DNA of 30,161 nucleotides from Oligoflexus sp. (GCA_041736305.1 JBGSTX010000322.1:1-30161), one strand, 5' to 3'; positions 10,001 to 18,929 are shown, counted from the stretch's first letter. Notes: generated by a model from the sequence alone, not told the origin. Numbers and translations: made by a program.

Positions 10001-10502
10001 GATAGGCCCTGGTTTTGTTTTTCCTAGTCCAAGGGGTCCACTAGAATTCAAAGTCACTAATCCAAATGAAGGGATTAGTAACGCTCGGTACGGGATTGTG
10101 CGAAAAGATGCGTATGAAGACGCTTACGATTTTCTGCGGAGCCCACGCGACCTTTCAGGGGCAGGTAAGGGTTTGTCGCCTTTTGGCGATTGGAGTTTTC
10201 AAGCTGATTCGCTGAAGGCGTTCGTCAAGGCCAATCCTGAGCTTTTCTACCAGAATGCTTCCAAAGGAGCGCTCCTAGTTACGGACAGTCTGCCAGGTCC
10301 TGCTGAGCAAGAATTAAAAGATTTCTTTGTAGATGATTTCGGTGACTTCGAAGTTCAGCCCGCTACTGGATTAGAAGGTGCTGAGATCGGCAGCTTGGAA
10401 AAATTTCCCCTGCATATCACTGATATTCTGATTCTTATCCGATTCAGCAGTCTTACAAGTACCGATAGTCGTCTGATGAGCTGGATAGAGCCCTGTCGAT
10501 AA
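7065..10502 (+). CDS. Large hypothetical lipoprotein (1145 aa); putative Tc toxin A-component-like protein
   Basis: AGGAG RBS; MIRLFFIAAFFFTG|C lipobox-like signal; long helical/coiled-coil segments flanking a beta-rich, Ser/Thr-rich core. C-terminal GKGLSPFGDWSF...ITDILILIRF resembles the TcA TcB-binding domain signature. The CDS is secure; the TcA-like function is inferred. Confidence 0.65.
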   Translation: MIRLFFIAAFFFTGCSAKNEKETWKISEISATCRTSFQTKSLFLKLNLCKQETKMQLRLANCLSETWTSWKAQTEACQSETKSTALSASSFFLNEALSEIASQPNVASQQLTEQLNALELWLSSLPSSLDLSEFESSFQKIYTRVTKQSLNVILADSAGQEAEAKQVTNALGLLEAGLAQRDSGIYTDLFLIQGLNDLLTSIEPKLLVILKVRELTCNFGPCENEQSGLRSFLADVSSLGNIWSESSSVLTPTGIYSKAQQILASNRERLQTAIARYRNALPSGIDKSRLYDLDQTLERFRSFEQELNLPKSPVASARNLVFGLSRESSDRIASYLFDNSRSLKILASEYRGATREALQSLKQNVSNKLALNAVLLEQSLQVQNLDRLEKEISGLSSAYLSAEEEYAKLQSKFNRLALSPASLTTMWASVPLAEGVQVSAGDARYDANSNDVLLPDLAVRAFDLQAGEALNIQIEGEWGPSCALSRYSSDLDAMNILSGPNGYIVIQNQGKSRVESRENFSRFESSAGSSERVSVCGNTSVTSTSGLSSVSSSLTSSLCSENFLGTSASSGFSTSDRDENFLSSNLNLQGGITLPDTPFPKLPAGALIAVTSSAEGRNYQVLNRSSRIEVREASRVYLVVNDCKDQSLASSSNLTLDIYKMQLSDGLVRSELLVALESINKLYEEAIKILATGVDIDGELQLLAQKARAEIFAQTSTFSRFEVARQYLDHLLLFKTQQLMRKAKILDRSYRYAAESARFQSSFRDVQSNLTQNDLLILELKKIAEDLSVAYVGPKLNDSSNQLIEQILPVIFFQADQSDLEPFIVNSLSKLKASVRLEADLGEMTRNMADLMNDLGLALTQTNQFFRYRNQYDDVLIAVPHPELATSETLNQGTPALRGRSQLALWQALFGTAKQDLSQVVLQLAASEVYGDQFASGGISCNSRQPVIEDIAFALVTDQTDRSRDDLRSKSRNLDFPVRIGPGFVFPSPRGPLEFKVTNPNEGISNARYGIVRKDAYEDAYDFLRSPRDLSGAGKGLSPFGDWSFQADSLKAFVKANPELFYQNASKGALLVTDSLPGPAEQELKDFFVDDFGDFEVQPATGLEGAEIGSLEKFPLHITDILILIRFSSLTSTDSRLMSWIEPCR

Positions 10503-10526
10503 ACCAATGACGAGAGGGAGTTTAGA

Positions 10527-13500
10527 ATGCGTTTACTTAGTCTGCTGCTGAGCCTTTTCCTGAGTACCCAAATCTTAGCTGAAGTAGCTTATGACGGGAG
10601 TCTCATGCGCCAGGCGACGGTGTTGAGCGCTCCAAAAGCAGGAACAGTCAGCGGTTCCCTCTCTTCCTTTGATACAGGCGTCGAAGACCGAGCGGCAGGC
10701 AGTCTCACCTATACGCTCCCCCTGGATTTTCGAACTGAGCGCGCACCTCTGCTAGCAGCTATCTCCCCTACTTACTCGATGCAGCAGGGTCTCAGCGAAT
10801 GGGGACTTGGCTGGCAGATGAATCTGTCTATAAAACGGGTCCGCATCCTGGGTCATATTAACTACCGAGATGATCTCTTCAGCTCGCCTTGGGGATTGCT
10901 TGCCAAAGGAGCGGACGGCTATTGGTATCCTGAAGGACTTAAGAGCCGTATGCGCGTCAGGATAGAGCCGAAGTCAGCTACAGTCTACGGCCCCGACGGC
11001 GAGACCTACTTGTTCAATCAGACTGTCGAGACAGCTCTCGGGACTTACGCCTACTATCTCTCCGAGGTTCGAAATGTCACCGGCCGGAAGACCTTTCTGA
11101 ACTACGAAAGTACTAAAAATCTAGTCTACCTAAAGTCCGTGCGCTATGGAGGTAGCGGAGAGCACTCAGCCTATTCAATTGATTTTATCTACGAAAACCT
11201 CGATCCCAGCCGGCATTGGATTTCGTTTAAGTCGAAGTTTTCTCAGGTCAATGATCGGGTAATCAAGCGCATTGTTCATAGATTGGGCTCGGGGACGATA
11301 CTCTGGACTTACGAAATCGAGCACGAATTTGATGCTCTAAGCCCTCTCCATTTTTTGAAGAGTGTGAGTAGAGTCTTTCCAGGCGGGGCTCGAGAACCAG
11401 CCATTGTTTTCTCTTACGAAAAATTTGAAGCTGAGAAGGTACGCTACGAGAAGAGTGATCGCCTGGATTCAGTTGCGGAGCTGGGCCTGGATGCAGATCG
11501 GCTGGCGTTCTATGACTACAACAATGATGGGCTCATCGACCTCGAAAATTCATTAGACCATAGCTTATACCTCCAAGGAGCGAAGGGCTTTCAGCTCTAC
11601 ACCCGATTTGCAGCTGAAACGCAGAATGTCTGCTTAGGAGCTAATAGCTCTCTAAATCGAGCTCGACAGGTCATGCGAATTAGAGGTCTTGAAACAGAGC
11701 CTATGGTAGTACATAGCGACAGAGCAGGAAATCTCACTTTCTGTGAACTTGATGGAACCGTTAAAGCGAAGGAACAATTTGCTTTTAGGCCTGAACTCCA
11801 CCGTAACGCTTTGCTAGTCGATCTCAATGGGGATCAGAAACCCGACCTATACCATTTGAAGGCCGATGGATACGCAGTCTATGCTAATCAATCTAGTTCG
11901 ACCGCCGTAAGCTTTGCTCTTGAAAAATATGACAATCATAAGCCAACACCGAGCCTTTCTAGTCTCTGGGCTTCTGACATAAATGGTGACGGCATGACTG
12001 ATATTGCCATTGTTGGGGGCTCGACGCTCAAAGTTTATATGGGGAAAGGCGACTTCGAGTTCACGCCGACCTTTCTCAGTATGCCTATCGAACGGGAGGA
12101 TGGAAGTCCCTTCGATCCTACAACCTATACTCCGACTTTCACCGACGTTAACCAGGATGGCCTGGCAGACATCTTACTTACCGAGGGCAAAAGCCTTTAT
12201 ACCTTTATCAACTCAGGGCGCTCGTTTAAAAGGCTAAAGCTCGATACGTTTGAAATGCTGAGTTCTGAAGGAGCCGTTTTTACTCAAAATATTCTTGGGT
12301 CCGGCGAACAGATTATCTTTCGATCTGGATCCGGAGGAGTTCGTGCGGCCCGACTAAATAGAGCCAACACCAACCTCCTGCGTTCAATTGATGATGGCCG
12401 AGGGACGAGACTAGCTTTTTCTTATGACTTTCATTCTGCTGAGGGGACGCGTTTTTCGCTTGAGAAGATTCTTAGCACGATCAGTGTGCGACGCAGTATG
12501 GAAGGAGAAACAGTAAGCAATTTCAGCTATCAGGAGCCCTACTATCGGAGCGGAAGCCCCCAGCGCTTAGCATTCTCTCGCGTCACTATGCAAGATGCCT
12601 TGTCCGAAGAGGTTGCCGAATTCGACAACCGCGACTTTACCAGTGTTCTGCGATCAACTTCGGAAAGAAGCTTTGCGTTTCCTTCAATCTTTCTCAAGAA
12701 GAGATGGACCTACACGCTGAATTCGTTTCAGGGACTACCTAATTTGCTAAGGGACAAGGATTTTGTTTATTTCTATGATGCACGCAACGGCCAGACAAGC
12801 GATGCACTTACGTCCGAGGTCTTGTCTCACGATCCCTCACTCTGTGAGTCAAAAGTCAGAAAATCTAGGGAGGAAGGAACTTACAGCATAGCTAAGACCT
12901 ATCTAAACCTCGCAGGAAAGAGTTTACACCTACTTTGTCTACCTGAAGCCGTCGAAATTTCAGAAGAGTCGGGATTCTTTTATAGAAGTCAACTCGCTTA
13001 TAACGAAGCTCTGCAGATTAAGCAATTTGAGCTTATCGGGCGCCAGTCGAAGCAGCTTATGCAGACCGTTTCTTACGATGAACTCTTTCGGGTCAAAGCG
13101 ATTACAGCTGCCGATGGCACGTTCAAGAACTACTCATACCTTGACGACAGCGACATGCTTACTTCGGTATCGGATTCAAGTGGAGTGGAGCTTAGTCGGG
13201 ATGGATTGAATGAACGAGATCTTTTCACGATATTTTCAACTGGGAGGGGTAGTCTAAATCGATATACGCAGCATGCGGCCTTCGATACCTTTGATCGGTT
13301 GGGAAGGAGCTGGGATAGTCTTTTCGGATCACCAGAATCACCGCTCGCACAGCTCAATTACCGCTGGCCTACTCTAACGGCTCCCGGACAACTATTAAAT
13401 TCAGCTACGAATTTGCAGGGTGGGCGCACATCTCAAATCGGGTTTGTTTCGGGTAGTGGGCAGACCATTGGCCGCTTGATTAAGAATGCTGATGAAAACT

Positions 13501-15881
13501 GGCTAGGTCTAGACCTTCAAGAACTCCTTCCTTCTGAGGCTACGACGCGGCAATTTGCTAAGACTGTAGTGGCACCTTCGCAGGTTGATTCGATATTTGG
13601 TGAGATTAAGAATCCTATCGCGACCATGACTCAAGGGGCTTTTGGCTTCGGTTTAAGTTCGGCACGGACTGTTCAGGACGGCGTTGAGATGCGATCCACG
13701 CTCAGCCTATCAGTTCAGAATGGGGCTTTAATTTCTGAGGAGCTTATCAATTCTCGAAGAGTGAAGAAGACAGGGTTTAATTCAGACCTGCAGAAGGTTT
13801 TTGAAATCGATGGAGAAAAAAATCGGTCAGACTTCACTTATGACACCCTGGGTCGATTGAAGTCTCTCAGGCTAGCGTCTGCTCAGAGTATGGATCTACT
13901 TTATGATGATTTAGGTCGACTGGAAGAGGTGAGATCCGCGCGGGCTGGAATTATGCGTTATCGCTACAATTCAATGGGTCTCGTTGAGAAAAAAAGCCAT
14001 TTGGATGGATCGGGCCAGATAGTCTACGAGCAAGTAATGGCTTACGATGGCCAAGCGCGACCCATGTCTCTAGAAGCTGAAGCGGGTGGCAGGCGGACTA
14101 GCTACCAATATACTTATGATGGTCGTATGCCTGATGGAACGCAAGTTGCCAATCAGCTAGGCTTCTTGAGTTCAGTGGGTAGTGGTCCTTTTGTGAAGAC
14201 ATTTATCTATGATCTTAAGGGGCGCATCCAAGAGCAGTCTCTCAAGATACCAGAGCTTGGTCTTCATGTTCGAAAGGATATGGAACACGATGCCTTGGAT
14301 CGCCCTGTTTCACTTGCCATTGAGGCCAGTACAGCAGGCGCTATGACTTCGTATCGACGGAATTACGAGTACGATACGCTGGCTAGACTGGAAACCATTC
14401 AGATGGGAGCAGGCTCTATTGGATTGCGTTACAATGATCTGAACGAACTGGACTCTCTGAGCGGAGCTGTTGATGTTTCTTACGTAAACGATAGCAAGAC
14501 TGGGCGGCGTTTGGGCTTTCGAAGCAGTGGTGATAGATCTGTTTCTCTAGAGATGGCCTTCAGTGCATACGATGAAGTCGAGAGTGAATCTTATAAGATA
14601 TCGGATCGGCCAGCAGATTTGAGCTTCGATTATGATAATCGCGGGTTCCTTCAAAATGCGACGGGGCTGGGAAATACTGAGTCGTTTGCCTATTCTCCTG
14701 ATGGACTCATGAACGACAAGGCTGGTGCGGATGCGCTCTTTTCAATGGAGGGTGGTCCTGCCTATGAATTCGACCGTATTGGTCGCATGAGCAAGCGAGG
14801 TAGTACTCGTATCAACTATGGCTCGATAGGGCAGGCGGAAAGTATCGTCAATGAAAATGGATCTTTTTCGATCGTTTACGATGAGGGGCAGAAACCGTTG
14901 CTCATTTTTCGCTCGGGGAAACTCTATTATCTCAAATGGGAAGGCCTGACTTTCGTTAATGGACATTGGTATGAGCCTCTTACTGTCGGCTCCCATATTG
15001 TTGGCTGGATGCGGGATGGGCGATTTGAAGCTAAGTCCTATGATTTGCGGGGTACGATGGTTGGTGATAGCCCGACCTCGCCCTATGGTCAGAAAAATCT
15101 TGCGGGTAGCTCAGTGGTGGATTTTGCTGGTCACCCTTATATCCCTGAGATTGGACTCGTATCGATGGGTGCCCGCTTCTATGACCCTGAGTTAGGGCAG
15201 TTTATTACTCCTGATGCTTATTTTTTTGAGAATCCTGCCGCAGGAGTGAACAAGGTACTTGAGACGAATCTCTATACTTATGGCGTAAACAATCCTCTTA
15301 GTTATTCAGATCCGACTGGCAAATGGGCTGTTGTAGCTTTAGGTTTTGGCGCGGCCTTAGCAACAGATTTTTTCTTTAATCCTGAGGTTGCAAATTCCCC
15401 AGGTCGAGATGGCAATATTGATACATCAATGCCGCCTGAAACTAAGTTTGGATTAGCCATTGCGGGCACATCACTATTGAAAAGTGGTAATGCCTTAGTA
15501 GGTAGTCTACCGTCGAACATCAAAGCTTGGTTATCAAAGCCTCTCCTTGAGGGCGCGGAGACTGGGGCGTTAAAGATAGGGTCTGCAAGTACCTCGTACG
15601 CAGATTTTAACCAAGCTCGGAACGCAGCACTCAAGTGGCTCGAAGAAAGGGGATTTAAGGCCGAATCCCCTTCTATAGGAAAGTTTGGGGCTAATCAGGG
15701 ACGTCCAATTGGTATGAAAATGTCAGAAAAAAATGTCGGCTATCGGGTAGAATTTGATGAACGTAACGGAGCTCATATTAATGTATGGGCTGGCAAAGAA
15801 AAAGGTCCTCATTTCCGATTTGAAGGTTCAGAATCTCAAGTAAACAAAATAGTAAAGCAATTTGAAAAGTCGAGGCCATGA
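10527..15881 (+). CDS. SpvB/TcdB-N + FG-GAP + RHS/YD-repeat polymorphic toxin (fused TcB-TcC-like) with C-terminal toxin domain
   Basis: Sec signal MRLLSLLLSLFLSTQILA; SpvB-like GSLTYTLPL...YSMQQGLSEWGLGW; four FG-GAP-type motifs (DYNNDGLID, DLNGDQKPD, DINGDGMTD, DVNQDGLAD); YD repeats (YDTLGRL, YDDLGRL, YDLKGRI, YDNRGFL); RHS core GARFYDPELGQFITPD...NNPLSYSDPTG. Confidence 0.93.
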   Translation: MRLLSLLLSLFLSTQILAEVAYDGSLMRQATVLSAPKAGTVSGSLSSFDTGVEDRAAGSLTYTLPLDFRTERAPLLAAISPTYSMQQGLSEWGLGWQMNLSIKRVRILGHINYRDDLFSSPWGLLAKGADGYWYPEGLKSRMRVRIEPKSATVYGPDGETYLFNQTVETALGTYAYYLSEVRNVTGRKTFLNYESTKNLVYLKSVRYGGSGEHSAYSIDFIYENLDPSRHWISFKSKFSQVNDRVIKRIVHRLGSGTILWTYEIEHEFDALSPLHFLKSVSRVFPGGAREPAIVFSYEKFEAEKVRYEKSDRLDSVAELGLDADRLAFYDYNNDGLIDLENSLDHSLYLQGAKGFQLYTRFAAETQNVCLGANSSLNRARQVMRIRGLETEPMVVHSDRAGNLTFCELDGTVKAKEQFAFRPELHRNALLVDLNGDQKPDLYHLKADGYAVYANQSSSTAVSFALEKYDNHKPTPSLSSLWASDINGDGMTDIAIVGGSTLKVYMGKGDFEFTPTFLSMPIEREDGSPFDPTTYTPTFTDVNQDGLADILLTEGKSLYTFINSGRSFKRLKLDTFEMLSSEGAVFTQNILGSGEQIIFRSGSGGVRAARLNRANTNLLRSIDDGRGTRLAFSYDFHSAEGTRFSLEKILSTISVRRSMEGETVSNFSYQEPYYRSGSPQRLAFSRVTMQDALSEEVAEFDNRDFTSVLRSTSERSFAFPSIFLKKRWTYTLNSFQGLPNLLRDKDFVYFYDARNGQTSDALTSEVLSHDPSLCESKVRKSREEGTYSIAKTYLNLAGKSLHLLCLPEAVEISEESGFFYRSQLAYNEALQIKQFELIGRQSKQLMQTVSYDELFRVKAITAADGTFKNYSYLDDSDMLTSVSDSSGVELSRDGLNERDLFTIFSTGRGSLNRYTQHAAFDTFDRLGRSWDSLFGSPESPLAQLNYRWPTLTAPGQLLNSATNLQGGRTSQIGFVSGSGQTIGRLIKNADENWLGLDLQELLPSEATTRQFAKTVVAPSQVDSIFGEIKNPIATMTQGAFGFGLSSARTVQDGVEMRSTLSLSVQNGALISEELINSRRVKKTGFNSDLQKVFEIDGEKNRSDFTYDTLGRLKSLRLASAQSMDLLYDDLGRLEEVRSARAGIMRYRYNSMGLVEKKSHLDGSGQIVYEQVMAYDGQARPMSLEAEAGGRRTSYQYTYDGRMPDGTQVANQLGFLSSVGSGPFVKTFIYDLKGRIQEQSLKIPELGLHVRKDMEHDALDRPVSLAIEASTAGAMTSYRRNYEYDTLARLETIQMGAGSIGLRYNDLNELDSLSGAVDVSYVNDSKTGRRLGFRSSGDRSVSLEMAFSAYDEVESESYKISDRPADLSFDYDNRGFLQNATGLGNTESFAYSPDGLMNDKAGADALFSMEGGPAYEFDRIGRMSKRGSTRINYGSIGQAESIVNENGSFSIVYDEGQKPLLIFRSGKLYYLKWEGLTFVNGHWYEPLTVGSHIVGWMRDGRFEAKSYDLRGTMVGDSPTSPYGQKNLAGSSVVDFAGHPYIPEIGLVSMGARFYDPELGQFITPDAYFFENPAAGVNKVLETNLYTYGVNNPLSYSDPTGKWAVVALGFGAALATDFFFNPEVANSPGRDGNIDTSMPPETKFGLAIAGTSLLKSGNALVGSLPSNIKAWLSKPLLEGAETGALKIGSASTSYADFNQARNAALKWLEERGFKAESPSIGKFGANQGRPIGMKMSEKNVGYRVEFDERNGAHINVWAGKEKGPHFRFEGSESQVNKIVKQFEKSRP

Positions 15882-16327
15882 ATCACAAATCTTACGAAGA
15901 CCAAATCCGCTCCACTTTAGAAAGTGACTTTATTTCCAAGTCGATTTTTGAGATTGGAGATTCAACCCCCGTATTTTCCAGAATGGGAAAAATTTTTGAG
16001 CCAAAAGGATCCAAGATTGATTGGGGCAAGGTCCCGGAATCGATCCAGGCTTATGAGAGCGATGAGAACCAATTCAATGCTGCTTGTCTTGAGTTTTTTG
16101 CGATGATAGTACAAAAATTTTCATTAGATGGAAGTCTAATCTACGTCGGCGACGGCAATACCGATTTTGCTATCTCTTGCTCTGTAGAAAAAATGAAGAC
16201 TGTTTTAGGCGTTCTTTTAGAGGTGCCGCAACACCACTACTTGATAGGTGAAAACTTCGACTGGTGCTTTTGTTTTAGTTTTGAAGGAGATATGTCTTTC
16301 GGATTCAATCCCAAAAGACCAAAGTAA
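15878..16327 (+). CDS. Putative cognate immunity protein (CdiI-like)
   Basis: 149-aa acidic ORF with no signal peptide. Its ATG overlaps the toxin stop (ATGA), the canonical toxin-immunity layout. It resembles from memory the CdiI of E. coli A0 34/86 (L.SDF, KGS.IDW, YVGD motifs). Confidence 0.82.
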   Translation: MNHKSYEDQIRSTLESDFISKSIFEIGDSTPVFSRMGKIFEPKGSKIDWGKVPESIQAYESDENQFNAACLEFFAMIVQKFSLDGSLIYVGDGNTDFAISCSVEKMKTVLGVLLEVPQHHYLIGENFDWCFCFSFEGDMSFGFNPKRPK

Positions 16328-16783
16328 ACTTTATCTCGCGGGTGCGCTAACCTCATTGCATTTTCCAAGCAGGCTATGGTGAATAAAAGGCGATATCAGG
16401 AAATCCCAATCAGGTCGGCCCAAACTACTACAAATTCGGCGCTCTTCAGCTTAAAAGCCTTGGCTAAGAGAGCCCTTTGCACTGAAGGCTAGGAATCCCC
16501 ATCCATAGTCAGAGCAGCTTGCTAGCGCCAAGCTCTGAAGGTTGCGCATATATGCGCGAAATGAAATGTCAGATGCAGTTGGGTAATTCCTACTAGGCTG
16601 TCTTCTTCCGCATAATTCTTTACATACTTCCACTGAAGCGGTTTCATGAGAACGGTTACTAATTAAGGTGTGGCGTTCCGATTTTTGACAAAGACGTATC
16701 CCCGAATTATCACTTGCGAGTCTATAAAATCATCTTGTTAACACCGACCCAATTCATTGGGTGGTAATCGAGGGAAAAATTGT

Positions 16784-17083
16784 ATGATACGAGCCTTAGC
16801 TGTTACTTTGGTTCTAGCGTCATCGAGTGCATTTGCTGGTTCCGTCATCGTTACGAATGCAGCCAGCGTAAAAAAGGTTGAACTATGCAGGGCAGGTGGC
16901 TACGCAGGTTGCTGGGCATTGAAGCCGGGCGAGACGAAAGGCCCAGATTATGTCCAGACCGATCGCGCCTTCTGGCTAAACCAGCCCCAGCAATCAAGGA
17001 CCTTCAGTGTCACTGCTGAAAATGAGCGATACCTGATTGAAGAAGACTTTGATGGCAACCTCACCATGCGGTTTTTGCCATAG
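16784..17083 (+). CDS. Small hypothetical secreted protein (99 aa)
   Basis: ATG 16784 after GAGGG gives a classic signal peptide MIRALAVTLVLASSSAFA; beta-rich mature part with two Cys. Confidence 0.7.
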   Translation: MIRALAVTLVLASSSAFAGSVIVTNAASVKKVELCRAGGYAGCWALKPGETKGPDYVQTDRAFWLNQPQQSRTFSVTAENERYLIEEDFDGNLTMRFLP

Positions 17084-17306
17084 GTTTAACTGCCGGATTA
17101 CTGCCAAAAAGGTTTCTAGTACTGTTGAGGCAGGATCAAGCCAGTATCTGCCTTTTCCACATCACGGAGAAGCGATACAGCTTTAGGTGCGGGAGCGACC
17201 GACGGAGATAACCCGAGTAGCGACTCGAGCTACCTATGAGTTCGAGGATCTACTGGGGGGAAAGTTCACTCCCGATACTTGGTGATGGAATAGATTGACA
17301 AGAGAC

Positions 17307-18320
17307 TCAGTGGAGCTCCTTGCGAACTATCTTAAAGCAGCGGTGAGGCGTGCGATTCTTGTAATCGACCGGCACCGTTTTGCTGGTAATCTCTTCAATA
17401 CTAAGATCGGTGAGAGCATCAAAGCGTGGTACAAAACGCTGATGGTTCGTCGAAAAATAGAGGACACCCCCAGGCGCCAGCACTTTGAGCGTATCCCGAA
17501 TAAGATAGGGGTGGTCTTTAAGGACTTCAAAGTCGACCTGACCTTCTCGAGTTGAGAAAGAAGGAGGATCGAGAAAAATAAGATCCCAGCTCTGCTGCTG
17601 TGCCGCCGCCTCGCGAAGAAATGCTCGCACATCGCAGGGGATAAAGCGATGCCTGCCCTTGTTGAGTTCGTTCAGTTCGAGGTTAGCCTCCGCCCAGTTA
17701 AGGTAGCGACCTGAAAGGTCGACGCTCGTCGTGCTAGCAGCGCCTCCAAGCGCGGCATAGGCTGTAAAAGTTCCGGTATAGGCGTAGAGATTGAGAAAGT
17801 CGCGGCCGGCGCTTTCTTTGCGAATTAAAGCCCGCGTCTCGCGATGATCGGCAAAGAGACCGGTATCGAGATAGCTCCCGAGGTCGACCCAAAACTTGAG
17901 TTCGGTCTCATGTACGAGAAAGCGTTCAGGGTCATAAGAAAGCCGCTGATAACGGTCGCCAGTCTTGGGCCGAGTCGTTCGACGACGGAGATGGACCCTT
18001 TCGGAGGGGACCTCGAGGACCGCGGCCACTGCGGCGGCCATTGCTTCGAGCCACGATGTGCCCGAAGTTTGCTCGCGTACGTACTCGCCAACCACAAGAT
18101 GTCCCTCGTACCAGTCAACGATTGCGCGTATTTCAGGTATATCCCAGTTGTAGAGCCGAAAAACGCCAATTTGGCGTTTGGCAAATCCGGCCTGCAAATG
18201 TTTATAAGTCTTTTTGACTTTGTTGGCGAGCATCGTGGCTTGCCGGGTAATGGTGGCCTCGTCGTAGGTTTTGGACTTTGCAGCTGAGTCCGAAGTTGAA
18301 GCTATGAATTTGAGCGACAT
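17307..18320 (-). CDS. Class I SAM-dependent rRNA methyltransferase, standalone RlmK-like (RlmI/RlmK family)
   Basis: FRLYNWDIPE, YLDTGLFADHR, FLNLYAYTG, SVDLS and DPPSFS match the C-terminal half of RlmKL. Start at MSLKF (18320) follows an AAAGG RBS. Confidence 0.85.
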   Translation of the reverse strand: MSLKFIASTSDSAAKSKTYDEATITRQATMLANKVKKTYKHLQAGFAKRQIGVFRLYNWDIPEIRAIVDWYEGHLVVGEYVREQTSGTSWLEAMAAAVAAVLEVPSERVHLRRRTTRPKTGDRYQRLSYDPERFLVHETELKFWVDLGSYLDTGLFADHRETRALIRKESAGRDFLNLYAYTGTFTAYAALGGAASTTSVDLSGRYLNWAEANLELNELNKGRHRFIPCDVRAFLREAAAQQQSWDLIFLDPPSFSTREGQVDFEVLKDHPYLIRDTLKVLAPGGVLYFSTNHQRFVPRFDALTDLSIEEITSKTVPVDYKNRTPHRCFKIVRKELH

Positions 18321-18614
18321 GATCGGCTTACCTTTTAAGTGAAGAGGCGACGGCACCATTTCGAGAATCAATAGCTGAAATGCACAGTTTTTTAAAGCGA
18401 AGAAGGCGTCTTATCCAAGCCTTTGTTCTTTGACTCATGCTGCGCCTCGAGAGATAATTTTTTGGTCCAGCTACCTCCGGCCTTGCAGCTTCGCTCTGGA
18501 ATTGAGATATCAAAATGCATTGAGCAGCGATTCCAAGCAGAAGAATTTGCCAAGCCAAGTTGATCGTGTGGGAACTGAGTGGTCAGCACCATGCCTGGTT
18601 CAGAGGTTGAGAAC

Positions 18615-18929
18615 ATGAGCTTCGATTCAAATCTAGTCGCGATGAAAAATGATCTGGAAGACATTCTGCGGAGAGACAAGAAATTTGGTCCTCTCCACAG
18701 CATTAGTAGCGCAGAAGACGACAATTTAGTTCTGACTTGGACCGAGCAGCTGCGGCCGAAATCCAAATCGAGCCCCGGCCCTTATCTTGAATTTATGGAA
18801 GCTATCTCGGACTGTCTTCTCAACTACGGCTACTGTCTGGTTGCCGATGATGGTGCGAGTGAAACAGAAAGAAATAATTACCTCCTCATTCTGCCTGAAG
18901 ATGAATTTGATTCTGAGGATGAGGACTAA
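18615..18929 (+). CDS. Small acidic hypothetical protein
   Basis: ATG 18615 follows GAGG (alternative starts 18579/18591); protein-like composition with an acidic tail; fills the gap before the J-domain gene. Confidence 0.6.
   Translation: MSFDSNLVAMKNDLEDILRRDKKFGPLHSISSAEDDNLVLTWTEQLRPKSKSSPGPYLEFMEAISDCLLNYGYCLVADDGASETERNNYLLILPEDEFDSEDED

Noticed and set aside
15597-15881. RHS tip as an ADP-ribosyltransferase (TreTu-like) or HNH nuclease
   Set aside because: It lacks the motifs I associate with those families; the CdiA-CT-type pattern fits better.
17278-17289. CTTGGTG-ATGGA as a possible in-window target of the omega-RNA guide
   Set aside because: Only a 7-nt seed match with an imperfect TAM; compatible with chance.
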